A stretch of 64,000 nucleotides of DNA from the NCBI RefSeq assembly GCF_009914755.1, contig NC_060929.1; one strand, 5' to 3'. Below are positions 1 through 14,880 of this stretch, one piece after another. Positions within the stretch are counted from its first letter, which is position 1, and each line of letters starts with the position of its first letter. The notes under the pieces are model-generated. The model searched no databases, was not told the DNA's origin, and saw only the letters and a list, made by a program, of their open reading frames with translations. Made by a program: the position numbers and the translations under genes. Source of the stretch: the human T2T-CHM13v2.0 reference genome, Homo sapiens.

Positions 1-708
1 TAAAATATAACTTTGAGTGAAGAAAGCAAAACATAAAACACATGGACCAGGATTCTCACCACATATTTAACAAACAAATACAGCATTCACTGGATGTCCT
101 GCTAGACACCAGGGACAGAAAGTTGAAGGACAGAGTTTCTTGTTTGAAAGAGTTCATGGGCTAGAGAGAAGACAGGACTGTAAAACTATGCAGAGAGAGT
201 TTATGAAGTGCTGCAGGAGCCATGAAGCTGGAACTCTAAGAAAAACAGCTCTCAATTAACAAGGCTCACCATTGACCAGGCACCCTGCTCATCTCTGCAC
301 ATATGTAATCTCAGGTAACGGTCACGATGGCCCCAGGTAAGTGTTAGTCTTACCCCATTTAGACATAAACCAATGCACAGCAAGATCAAGGAACTAATTT
401 GTGTAGGGTCTAACACCCGATCCAGGCAGAGGTGGAATCAGAACCCAGGCGGACCCGTCTGCAGATCCTGTGTGCTTAAGCACTGTGCCACTTGCTTCTG
501 GGTTTCTGCATACAGAGAGCTGAAACTCAAGCATGGGATGAACAGAAGTTTGATGGGTCAGAAAAGGAATGAAAATATTGGAAGGGAATACACTAAAAAT
601 CTAGCAGGGAGATTTCTGGGGAGTAGCATTGAGTGTACACTTGTACTTTTCTGTACTTTTCAAATTCATTTGATTACGTATTTCTTTTATAATCAAAAAC
701 AACGTGGC

Positions 709-1006
709 GGCCGGGTGCAGTGGCTCACACCTGTATTCCTAGCACTTTGGGAGGCCAAGGAGGGCGGATCACAAGGTCAAGAGACTGAGACCATCCTGGC
801 CAACATGGTGAAACCCCGTCTCTACTAAAAATACAAAAATTAGCTGGGCATGGTGGCGTGCAACTGTAGTCCCAGCTACTCAGGAGGCTGAGGCAGAAGA
901 ATCACTTGAACCAGCGAATCAGAGGTTGCAGTGAGCCAAGATCGCACCACTGCACTCCAGCCTGGTGACAGAGTGCAGCCTGATGAGGCTCTGGGAAAAA
1001 AAAAAA
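709..1006 (+). mobile_element. Alu (S-like), aberrant 3' end
   Basis: GGCCGGGTGCAGTGGCTCAC start, dimer structure, A tail. Confidence 0.92.
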
Positions 1007-2089
1007 GGCTAATATCATCTGGAATTTAAAGTTTTCATTAAAGAGTTCATTTAAACAAACAACAAAAAATATGGTTCTCATTGGATTACCTGTCCTGTCC
1101 TGATGAAAACTTCACTTTGTGATACATTCAGCAAGATCTTTCCTTGGCTCCCTGAACTTTTGCTATGCTCAGAAATGCTCCCAACCTTTGCTGATTTAAG
1201 CATTGTTTTGTTTTTGCTGTTCCCTGAATGGTCAAAGTCCATATTAAAATGCAAGGGTTTTGCAACTTTTGTTGATGCAAGCCTAGCAAGAATTCCCAAG
1301 CATTCGTTTTCTGAATCAAAGAGAAATGTCATTTCAGCTTTATGGAAGCTGTTTCTGAAATGGTTGTAATTGAAACAATGACTGGAAATCATACAAACCC
1401 TTGCTTTCCACTTTTAATTCCCTCTCATTTTTCTTCCTTCATCCATCTGCTTTTCCCACTTTTTCAAATTTGGTCGCACTAGCTCAGATGTCACCACCTC
1501 TATGAACATCTCCTCTCCTGTTAGTCAGGGATGGAAATTCAACTCACAAGAGCTTAAGATTTTAAAAAGAAGGAAAAAGGAAAAGGAAGGGAAAAGAAAA
1601 GAGTTGGGGTGGGGGATGGGGGTTATTGACTCCCATAGCTGGAAGCCCAGGAGGTAGACCAGGAGGCAGATCTAGCCTCGGGCTTGGCTGAGTGTAGGGC
1701 CTGACATGATGTCATCTGACTTCTGTCTCTCTCACATCTTTTAGCCTGGCTTCACCTCCACAGCTCTAGCAGCCCTTAATCCACATTCTCTTAGATTAGC
1801 TGTCTCAATATATGTGTGTGGTGGGGAAGGGAGGCGGGGAGGAGAGGTTACTTCTCTTCCCCAGCGCCTACATATAAATTCAGGGCAGAATTCTGTTTGG
1901 CCCAGCTTGGGCCATGTACCCATGACTGTGGCAGGCAGGAGGAGATCAAGTACCATGATTGATAATCGGACAAGATCAAATGAAATGTGGCAGGGGAATT
2001 CCCCAAGAGAAACTGAGATGCTGGAAAGACAAAAACTACACGTGACAGAATTTTTGAAGAAAAAAAAAATCCACAATTCTCCACGAGTC

Positions 2090-2590
2090 TATATGTCTAC
2101 ACCTGCTTACCACGTTTCTTGGCAGCTCCTCTCAGCAAAAGATAAAGTCTATTTCACCCTGAATAGGGGCTGGCCTTGTTGACCTGCTTTGACCAATAGG
2201 ATGCCTTGGAAATGAAGGTTTGCCAGTTTCAAGCCTTGGCCTCAAGAGGCCTTGAGTGCATCAACTCTCTCCTTTCTCTGCCTTTGCCATGTGAACATTT
2301 CCAGGCCAGCCTGCTGGAGGAATGAGACATGGAGCGGAGCCATCCCTACCCAGTTATCCCAGCTGAGGCCCCAGACACATATGAGAGAGCACTGCCAAGA
2401 TCAGCAATGCCACTGATGGCCCAAAGGTGACCATAGACACATGAGCAAGCTCTGCAGAGCCCAGCTCAGGTCAGCAGAACCTCCCAGCCAACCCATACAC
2501 TCAAGAAAAAAACTAAATGTTTACTGTTGCATAGTCCCAAGGTTTTGCAGTTGTCATATAGCATTACTGTGGCAACAGACAACTGACACA
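2090..2590 (+). mobile_element. Old MaLR LTR (MLT1-like)
   Basis: MLT1-type 3' end ...gcattactgtggcaacagacaactgacaca; 5' boundary uncertain. Confidence 0.6.
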
Positions 2591-2821
2591 TTTGTATCTA
2601 CTAAACCTCTCCACATGCCCATTCTGCAGGCAACTAGTCAATCCCTTCTGTGTGTTCTCATGGCACTTAGTTATACAATATATTCCACATTCTACTGTTG
2701 CAAGTTTTCTATTGAATTGTTACCATTTATTTCAAACAAGTATTTACATGTCTATCTCCTTGCTCACAAGCTCTTTGGAGAAACTGGTTTTGTTCTGTTT
2801 TTTTAATAATTGTTAGTTTTC

Positions 2822-3115
<294 letters not shown>

Positions 3116-3269
3116 AAGAAGGGGCGATCTTTTATATATCTTTTTGAGCCCAGCACTTGGCACAGGGTATGGTACAGAGAAAAAGCTAGTTAAACATTCA
3201 TAGGAATTTGGAGGATGAGGAATAGCACTCAAAATATCTGTGACATATTGCTTAAGTTTTAGAAGTTTT

Positions 3270-3770
3270 GTTTTTCACGTTTGGATCATTAATCCACCTG
3301 GAGTTGAGTTTCATGTATTATACAAGTAGGGATTTGGCTATCCCAGTACTGTTTAATGAATATCTAACCTTTGTCCCCTGACCTGTGATGCCAACTCACA
3401 GCAGGTTTCTACATGTGCAGGTTTCTACATGGATGGCAACTCTATTTGGCTCCGCGAGGCTCTTTGTTGACCCCGGAGCAAACACACCACCTTTGTTATT
3501 TACCATTGTTTTATAACAAGTTTTGTATCTGCAGGACAAGTCACTCTGCCTTGCTCTTTTCTTAAAAGCTTGTTTGGCTGTTTCTGGCTCTTTATTTTTT
3601 TCATGTACATTTTGCAGTCCGCTTGTGCAGTTATAACACACACTCCACCAAGCACACTAGTGTTGTCGAATTTTTTTTTATTGTCATAGGTCATTTGGGA
3701 GAGAATTTACATCTTTAAAAATGGAATCTTCCTATGCAATTTATGATGTAATTCACCATTTATTAGATTT
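3270..3770 (-). mobile_element. Old L1 ORF2 fragment
   Basis: Antisense L1M-like motifs (taatccacctggagttga, ggagagaatttacatcttt). Confidence 0.55.
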
Positions 3771-4119
3771 CATTTGCCCTTTAAATATGCCCAGGTTACC
3801 CACCTGGTCCAAAATACCATGATTCCTCTCCTGGATAACCACAGCATCTGGCTAAACAGCCTCTCTGCCTCCACATCCCCTCCCACGCAGTCTGTTCTCC
3901 ATAAAGAAGACAGAGTGCGCCGTTGTTGTTGTTGTTGTTTAAGACATAAATCAGGTCGTGGCACTAAAGTCCTAAAATCGCCTTGTAGCGCCAGTCTTGC
4001 CAAGCTCCACACTTTAATTGGGTAAATGACTGCGTGAACGGATGCTGGCTACGCCAAGGCCCTGGGAATAAAGAAATGATAAAGAAGCAGTCCCTTAAGG
4101 GAAACCCAAATGGAACATA

Positions 4120-4900
4120 GTGGCCCCAGCCCGCGCAGAGCCCCACACCACCGTGAGGATGGGCTTGGAGTTCCTCTTGGACCCGGGGCGCGGTCGCTAA
4201 GCCAGAAGCGGAGTCGCGGGCGCGGGGCGGGGCCTGGACCCGGGCCTGGACCCGGAGGGCGGGTCCCTGGGCCTCGTAGCTCCCGGGCCCGGACGCGCGC
4301 TCACAGGCGCGCGCGAGGACGCGCTCCGGGGACGCGCGAGGACGCCGTGGCGGGAGAAGCGTTTCCGGTGGCGGCGGAGGCTGCACTGAGCGGGACCTGC
4401 GAGCAGCGCGGGCGGCAGCCCGGGGGAAGCGGTGAGTCGCGGGCGGCAGGCCCAGCCAGGTGGGTGGGAAACGCGCAGGGGGCCCGGCGGAGGCGCGCAG
4501 GCTTGGGCAGGCTCGGGCCGTGCACCCGCGGGCCGGCTGCGGGGAGACCCCGGGCTCGGAGGTCGGAAGCCCCTTTGCGGGCCGGGGATGCCTCGGGCCG
4601 GGGGGGGGGTCCCTGCACCTGGGGATCCCTGGCATCCTGCGGCCGGACAACACCACGCTTCCAGCATCCCGAGGCCCAGCATCCCGTGGGCCTCGTCCCC
4701 GGTGGGAAGGGCCCTCCGCCGCGTCCCCGCGCGCCTGGCCGCGCTGTCTTCGGCGCCTGCGTGGCGAACTCGCTCCGGGGACACCAAGATGGCTGCCTCG
4801 GGGGCAGCGGCAGCCAGGTGGCCCAGTGCCTGGCCCAGCGCTCCGCGCTCTCGGCTTTGCCTCCTGGTGCTGGGGGTCGGAGGGGAGACCACCTGGTTCC
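4120..4900. promoter_or_regulatory. CpG-island promoter of SFXN1
   Basis: Very GC- and CpG-rich; GC box GGGGCGGGG at ~4224; ETS-like TTCCGG at ~4363; no TATA box; spans the exon 1 donor. Confidence 0.92.
4290..4431 (+). other. SFXN1: SFXN1 exon 1 (5' UTR, non-coding); start approximate
   Basis: Consensus donor GCG|GTGAGT at 4431/4432 inside the CpG island; exon 2 has an acceptor 9 nt before the ATG, which requires an upstream exon. Confidence 0.8.
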
Positions 4901-5910
4901 TGCCCTAGAACTCGCAATCCAGTAGGGAGGTGATGTGCAAGGAAGTAGATTCTTGGAGTAGTAGTTGGTCCTACAGGGACCTTGCATTTTCACGCTTTTC
5001 TCCTGAACTTTCACGTCTGTCACAGGTCTCTAACCTGCCCAGAATGACAATAAACAGTCTACTAAGTGCGTGCCAGGTGACTTAGGTCCATATACTTTTA
5101 CACTCTTCCGGCCCTGCGAGGTACTGGGTGTTGGCTCTATAATCCACATGAGAAAACTGGGGCTCTGAGAGGTTGAGTGCCCAAGGTCACACAGCTGGCC
5201 ATCCATAGTCCAAGGCCATCTGAGTCTCAGTCGTAAATACTGCGTTCTCAAAGACGCTTTTCCTTGGCTATGCTGTCTAAAATTGCACCCCCCATCCCCC
5301 CACACACCCTTTGTAACACAAACTCTGGGTTTTTTCTCTTTAGTGTCTTTTGTCACTAGTTGAAATTAAAGGTGTTTACATGTTTTCTTCTCCTCATGTG
5401 AACAGGGCCTATTTTGTGTTGCTCAGCCTATCTATCCCCTGCGCATAACAATTGCCTGCACCAAGAAGGCCCTCAATGAGTATTTGTTGACTGCCTGAAC
5501 GAAAAAGCCTAGCTCTGCTTCACTCCAGAGCCTGGGCACTTAGCTGCTCCGTAGGCAACTCTTTTCTGCGCCCCCATAGCTTTTTCCCTGCACATTTCTC
5601 ACAGTCCTAGTCCCTCTTCTGCGTTGACTTCTAGATTTTGACTTGGGTGCCTCTGGATTCTCCCTTCTTTGTCCATCCCCCTTTTACTGATCTACTTCAG
5701 TGTTCTAGGCATTGTTATAGGTGCCCAGGGAGGATGCAGGTAAATGAGGAGGCTTTGCAGCTCCTACAGCTTCAGACTTGATATAAAAGATGAGAGGGAA
5801 CTGTTTGGGAGGATGAATGGGGTGGCTACCAAGAAGTTCTGGGACCTCAAGCAGATCCTTTCTCTCCTCAGCACTGAGCAGGTGTCTCACTTTCAAAAAT
5901 ACAGTGTTTG

Positions 5911-6257
<347 letters not shown>

Positions 6258-7071
6258 TCAGAGGTTAGATTGAGGCTTTCAGGCCACATGGATGTTCAGA
6301 AAAGGGATGATATCTGTGGTTACAGTTGTCAGAGAGGACCCTATATGGCAAAGGGTGTCATAATTCAGGATCAGTGAAGTGTTTAGCTGTTCTTAATTTT
6401 CTGTAAAAGTTCTATGAAACCCCATGGGGATGGATACAGAAAGGCACCAACTGGCAGGGAATATCCCTTCCTGCTCCTCACTTCCTGCAGAGAAAGCTGA
6501 GAGGACAGCCTGGACAGCAAAGGTGGTAAGAGCAGACCCGTCATCAAACGTTGTTGTTCTGGAAGACTTACGTTGAAGTCAGGCATCTGTATCCTGTTGT
6601 GTAGCAGTGGTGAGCTGCATTCAGTTAGAGTAGAACCATGAGTGTGACCAATTTTTCCTTTGTGGTTAAAGGTAAGAAATCAAAAGTAGTGAATCCATTT
6701 TTTAAAAAGGGGGGAACAAAGGGCTGTTGTCCGGAAAGTGAAAAGTCATTAAATTAGACCATGTGTCAAACCTGCACTTAATTACACAAAGTTCAAAGTT
6801 ACTAAGTTTTTCTTTAGCAGCTGTTAATTTGTAAAATAGTTTTATAGACTTTGGTATATGGCATCTCCGAGTTGATTCTTATACATGGATGGTAAAACTT
6901 CATCCAAATATGTCTAAAATTCTAGTTTAGTGTTGTTCATTTTTTGCAGGCTGATATCACCATCTCAAATAGAAATCAGAAGATTTTTTTTTAACTGTAA
7001 TAACATCACCCATCCTAAGATACTGCTTAAGAAATCCATGCCCATAGTTGATCTTGAGGACTGGAATATGA

Positions 7072-7402
<331 letters not shown>

Positions 7403-10400
7403 CACATGGGTGTTTTAAAGTTAGTAGAATAGTGGGATCTGCATGGGAGGGGAGAACATGGCAGTGGGAAAGGCAGGAGGCCTTGATTCTCCATGTCTTC
7501 CTGATGCTAGGCAGGCCCAACGTCTCCATGCAGAACTATCCTGGAACAGGGAAGCATATGCAACACAAATCCATTGCTGAGTGGAAATAGAATGAATCTA
7601 ATGCTTTGCACAGAATTCAACTCTCTGATCTATAATTCGATCTCCTGTGTGGCCATGCCCATAAAAAAGGCCACTATATGCAGATGACCAGCCCAACAGA
7701 AATCAGGGAATTTGGTTTTTAGGCTCCTTGAGTTAGTGTGATTGTCCTTGGCAGACACATCTTCTCTGGCCTCCAAGGGTCAGAATTGAGTTTCAAAGTC
7801 AGACAGAACTGTGAAGGCTGTGTCATCTTGGGCATGGTACTAAATTTCTCCGAGCGGCTCTATAAAACAGGGGAAAAGATCTTGGAGGGCTGTCATAAGG
7901 AGTTAGCAATCTAACAATGCATGGAAAGCCTAGTGTCTGGGTGTTCCGTCATGTCCCCTGGACAGTGGACAGCAGTGACTGACCGGCTGTCTCACACCTG
8001 CCTGGCCCTAGCGAAACAAACTGGGCAATCAGACCCTTTCATAACTCTTTCAAAATACGGTAGTTTTGACCAACAGCTTTCCAGCTTAACAACGCAGTTA
8101 TCATTGGTACTCTTTAGCCAAGATTAAAGGTCTTTGTACTAATTCCTCATAAAGCACATTCCCTGCTAACTTGTTTTCTACAAAATTTTGGAAAATTCTT
8201 TTTTTCTCCAGCAGTTAAGCATTTTCTTAGCATGCAGCTAAAAATTTGAAATAAAATTTATCTTGGAGATAAATTATTTTTCTTACATGTTTCTGATGAT
8301 CTTCAGGAAGCTCAGGAGCCATTCCTGGCCCCAGGAGCTGCATTTATGCACGGGACTGTGGCCAGTGAGGACAGGAGCTTCCACTCGTGGAAAACCAGCT
8401 TGTTAATAATGATCCCACTTTTGTTTGGTACCTTAATAAAGATTAATAAAGGCCTCTTATACTCTTCAGTTTGCTGATCCTACCAACTCTATGAGCCAAC
8501 TCTTACCTGTGTTTTATAGATGACAGAATTGAGGCTCAGAGGTGTAAAGTAATTCACCCAGTCACATGTCTAGAAAGGAAATGATAGAATCAGGACTGAA
8601 ATCTAGATTATATTTGCTTAAATCCGGTTCTCATTCCATAGGTTATCAGGGTAGATGCTCGGGAAATTACACCACAGGGCGGGGGGCCTCCATCAGCAAA
8701 AACCAGCCAGAAAAAAACAGCTGTGTGTTCGGTCTTTCCAAACCCAGGACCAAGCCAGTGTTGAGTACATAAGAGGCCTTCAGTGGATATGGAAGGCGTA
8801 AGTTAATTTTGTTGGTGAATGAATAAATAAAAAGACTTTGAGAAATCTATTGGGATGAGGCTCCATGAAACTATATTTACTCAAAACCTTAGTTAAAAGA
8901 TTGAATTTAAACAGTTTTTAATTTCTCTATGAAATTATTTCCGTCTCTTTTTAGGGGTAAAATAATTTTTCAACATATATCATCTCTAAAATAATCTGTT
9001 CACTCAAATGCAGTATAATGTCATAATTATTAACAGTTCCAGGTAGCCGACATCATTGTGAGAATGTCTTTATGTGATAAAACCTCAAAGTCATTTTTCT
9101 TCTTAGCATAAGTGGCATCAGCCAACCACAGAATTTTTTTAAGTCCCACTTTTTTCTCATACCCCACCAAAATTTCTTAATACCGTTAAAATCCAAAAAT
9201 TTCTTTAAAATCATTCATGAAAAAGATTCTTAGAATTAACACCTCAGTTGTCCGAGCACCAGGAAGCCACATTACAGCTAGTGCAATACACAGAGACCGT
9301 CTGTCACCAATCATTTTCTTCTAGCGCGTCTGTTCTAGCCCCTTTCTCTTCCCTCCACACCCCATTGCACCATTTCTTCAGCTCGTGAAAACTGAGCTTG
9401 CTGGACATGAGTAACCTGCCAGTGTGCCGCTGTGTAAACCATAACATTTTGCTGCTGCCTTTCTGCAGTCCTGAAGCCAGCTAATAAATGCTCAGTAAGC
9501 GCCTCTTCCACAGCTTCCCTAGGTCCCTCTGTGTCTCTGGTGGACTGGGGCCTGCTCCCCTGTCTCCTAGCCTCTCTGAGTGCCTGAAGGCACCACCCCA
9601 GCGCTTCTGCATAACTCTCAAAGCCTCAGGTGAACAGGGCAAAGAGAGCACCCTCCCCACTGACTGTCTCCGCACTCTCCCTGGCATCTTTCACTTGCTT
9701 CAGGTGCCGTGAAGCTGATGAACCCACACACTCTGGAACACATTCTTTGGCGTCCCGTGTAGTGTGTCCCTCTGAGGGACATTCTTCATGATCCTTGCCG
9801 CATCTGCAGTGGGAACGCAAACATCTTGTTCTCCAAAACTTTCTTTTGAAGTATCTGTGGTTTCATGATTATTCCTGTTCCCAGTGTCAGCACAAGGCTG
9901 TGCAGCATGACTTCCTCCAGCGCAGTCTGCAGAAATCCGGAGTCGAGAAGCCTCTGTCCTAGCACTGTCCCTATCCTAGGTCATGAAAGACTGTGATTGA
10001 TGTTCAAGACACCTCTGTAACGAGATGTTTGATCTTTACCCAGTTTCAACCTTCCAGACAAGCCCAGGGGCCATAATTTGCCAGATGGATGGCTGCATAA
10101 GCCAGACCATGGAAAAACAAAGGCCATTCCTGCACAATCACCCCCACCCCATGACCTCGTTCCCTCCCCACGATGGTGCCCGCAGCAGTCCCGCCCCACA
10201 ACCCGGCCCTGCTGACCCGTCAGTACCAGGTGTGCGGGGCACATGCCCTCAGCGCATCTCTGCCTTGCCCGGGGCCAGCAGGTGCACGCCGGAATGCTGC
10301 GGACCAACCAAGTGGCCCGGCCAGCCCTGACCCCTGCGGGTGGAAAAGGGTGCACCCTGGGGATCCCCACATAGCGGCCAAGGCCTTAGGGATACCAGCA

Positions 10401-10529
10401 TCTCGCTCCCTGAATAGACTCTAGACACAAAATGGAGCCAGCACAGGGCGCGTCTCGGCGCACCCTCCTCAGCCCAGGCCCCGTGCGTAAGGAGCGCTCC
10501 GTGTCAGCGCGCTTGCTAGACCCCATTGA

Positions 10530-10648
10530 TTTTTAGAGACGGGTTTTACTATGTTGCCCAGTGTGGTCTCCAACCTCCTAGGTTCAAGCAGTCCTTCCAC
10601 CTCAGTCTCCCAAGTAGCCAGGATTACAGGTGCGCACCACCACGCTCA
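10530..10648 (-). mobile_element. Alu monomer (FLAM-like)
   Basis: Single reverse Alu arm. Confidence 0.75.
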
Positions 10649-11025
10649 GTGCTGTTGACTTTAATGTGAATAGGAAATAAGTTTTGATGTTTGTTTGTTT
10701 TTTAAGTGGGGCTCCTGTTTTTTAAAAATGGATCAATTTACCTGGAGTGCAGGCTGCTCCTGAGCTTGAAGGTGGAAGTCAGTTCATGCGTGAAAGAAGT
10801 CTTGCCTAATTGAAACATGGCATCACGGTTAATAATTAAAATGTTATCTGATTTGAGATCAGCTGTTTTTGTGAGAATGCTAATGTGGCATTCCTGATTA
10901 GTCTGTATGTTTGTTTGTTTGATTTTTAATTCTGGGTGCAGAGGAACACAGATTATCAAATCCAGTTGGTATTTCTTATGCCACTATAGTACAACTTGAA
11001 ATCCCTTTTAAGTAGAGGAAACAGT

Positions 11026-11526
11026 GTTGTATTCATTTCCTATTGCTGTTATAACAAATTACTACATATTTGAGTAGCTTAAAGCAACACAGATATATTA
11101 TCTTAGAGTTCTGGAGGTCAGAAGTCTAGAACAAGTGGGCCTTCCTTCTGGAGGCTCTAGGGCAGAGCCCCTTTCCCTGCCCTTTCCAGCTGCTAGGGGC
11201 TGCAGCTCACAGCCCAGCATCACTCCAACCTCTGCTTGTTCCCACATCTGTTTCTCTGGCTCTGCCTCTTCTGCCTCCTTCCATCTCTTATAGGGAGCCT
11301 TGTGATGACATTGGGCCAACCAAATATTCCAGGATCATGCCTGCATCTCTCAAGATCCTTAACTTAATCATATCAGCAAAGTCCCTGCACCATGTGAGGT
11401 AACATATTCACAGTAGTAGGTGCTCAATAAATAGATACTAAAGATAGCAGCATTTTTTATTAGACCTTCTCACAGCTTCTGGGGATTAGAATGAGACATC
11501 TTTGGCAGCCATTGTTCTCCCCATCA
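11026..11526 (-). mobile_element. MLT1-family MaLR LTR, interrupted by a 56-bp insert
   Basis: gtattcatttcctattgctgttataacaaattac...ttctggaggtcagaagtc...ggtaacatattcacag...ggggattag. Confidence 0.8.
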
Positions 11527-12271
11527 TGGGTAACATGCAGTGGGCGCTTCCACTGCCAGGATTTCGGTGGGTTTAACTGGAGTGTGCAGATAAGTAGTTG
11601 GCGTCAAGAACTCCTGCTGCTTCCCTTGCTGGAAAGATGGGGTGGCTTTGAATGACATCCCAGAATCTGATTCTTCCGTCTGCGGAATGTGCATAGGATG
11701 TCTGAATCACACTATTGTCGTGAGAAATGAGGTAGAATATTCTCTGATGTGGCAAGCCTAGGCCAGCATCTAGCCCAATTCCTTGTATATAATGGAAATT
11801 CTTAAGATGTTAGGGTTCCCCTCTCCCTCTCTCTCCTTTTTCCTCGCCTACAAAGGAAGACATCTTTTGTGAGGCCTCCACAGCATTCTTGATCACTTGT
11901 ACTTAGAGTAACCTTAAGGTTATTGTAGTATAGAACTTCATAGTGTAAAGGTCAAGTTTTTATTTAAAGGAAAAAAGGGGGGGGGCCTCCAAGATATCAT
12001 TTCTCTGCAGACATTAATTGGTGTCATACTTCAAGAAAAATGGCTAGAAAAGAGTGGTGAGTGGAAAGCTGGCCAGTGCCCTGGAGGCTGCTCCTGCTTT
12101 GAGTTCTCCCGGACTTGTTTCTGCTGCCAGCATCTGCCATGCAACCTGGGCAAGTTATTTCCCCTCTGGACCTCAGCTTCCGCATAATAAGCGCATTGGA
12201 TAAATCATTTTTCAGACTATCCAGTTCTTATACATGATAATACTTATATTTTATAGAGTAACCATATTTTT

Positions 12272-12590
12272 GGCTGGGTGCAGGGAATCACACCTGTAAT
12301 CCCAGCATTTTGGAGGCCAGGGTGGGCAGATCACTTGAGCCCGGGAGTTCGAGACCAGCCTGGGCAATAGAGTGAAACCCTGTCTCTACAACCAGTACAA
12401 AAATTTAAAAAAACAGAAACTAGCTGGACATGGTGGCAGACGCCTGTAGTCCTAGCTGCTCGGGAGGCTGAGGTGGGAGGATCACCTGAGCCCAGGACGT
12501 CAAGGCTGCAGTGAGCTATGATTGCACCACTGCACTCCAGCCTGGGTGACAGAGTGAGACCCTGTCTCAAAATAAATAAATAAATAATAA
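12272..12590 (+). mobile_element. AluJ-like with (TAAA)n tail
   Basis: Alu dimer with gaggtgggaggatcacctgagcccagg right arm. Confidence 0.92.
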
Positions 12591-12750
12591 AGTAACCAAT
12601 TCTAAAATGAGACCGTGATGGCGGCAGCTTGCCCTAAAGGTTGCCTTATATTTAACAAATTAGGGATAGTTTGTTATTAGGAACTAGAATTCTATAAAAG
12701 CTACATATTAATTTTTGTTTTCATTATTTATGTTAAGCATGAAGGAAAAA

Positions 12751-13184
12751 TAGTGATAGTGAGAATTATAGTTAAAAGGGAAGAGAGATTCCTTGGTATT
12801 CAATTTTCTGAGAAAAACCCATATCAGATCTTCACCGGGGAACATCACAGATCACCTAGGCCCGAGGGCAGGCACAGGAGGGTAAAGAAGGGTGCAGGGA
12901 AGGAAATGGCTCACGGCCTCATGTACAGCCACAGCCTGGTGTCCGTCCAGCATGAAGTCCACACCCAGAGCCATGCTGAATCCCACGCCCAGCCTTATGC
13001 TGGACCTCCTGGATCAGAACCTCTAGAAGGAGGATAGTATTTGTCTTTATAAGAAGCTCTCCAGGTGATTTTGATGTGTTCCATTGGTGCAGAACCATCA
13101 GTCTGCACTAGCAGCTTTGCAGGAATAAACGGTTTCCCAAGGAGGGGAGGTTTAACGTGTTGTTCCTCTTGCTACCACCATCAT
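12751..13184 (+). repeat. Left arm of a ~440-bp inverted duplication (includes a MER5A-like fragment)
   Basis: Reverse complement of 15370-15812; about 20 differences in the first ~210 bp aligned by hand. Confidence 0.93.
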
Positions 13185-13389
13185 TGCTGTTAAATCCACC
13201 TCCTCCCGCTTCACTATCCAGAAATGGAAGTGACCGGCTACCAAGGTGTCTTCCTTTTGGCCAGTCGGGCTACCAATAGATTTACCTCTCATCTTTCAGG
13301 ATGCCACTCTCTCCTGGTTTTGCACCCACCAGTCACTCCCCAGCCCACTTTGCTGTGCCTTCAGTCCTTTCTGACCTCTTCACACCACA

Positions 13390-14880
<1,491 letters not shown>

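Noticed and set aside
3401-3432. Short tandem duplications (gcaggtttctacatg x2; also ~15064 tatgattacg x2 and ~27388 ttgaactatatc x2)
   Set aside because: Ordinary small slippage duplications
3964-5023. Long overlapping ORFs (157-317 aa) on both strands
   Set aside because: Pro/Arg/Gly/Ala-rich translations expected from stop-poor CpG-island DNA; no recognisable domain
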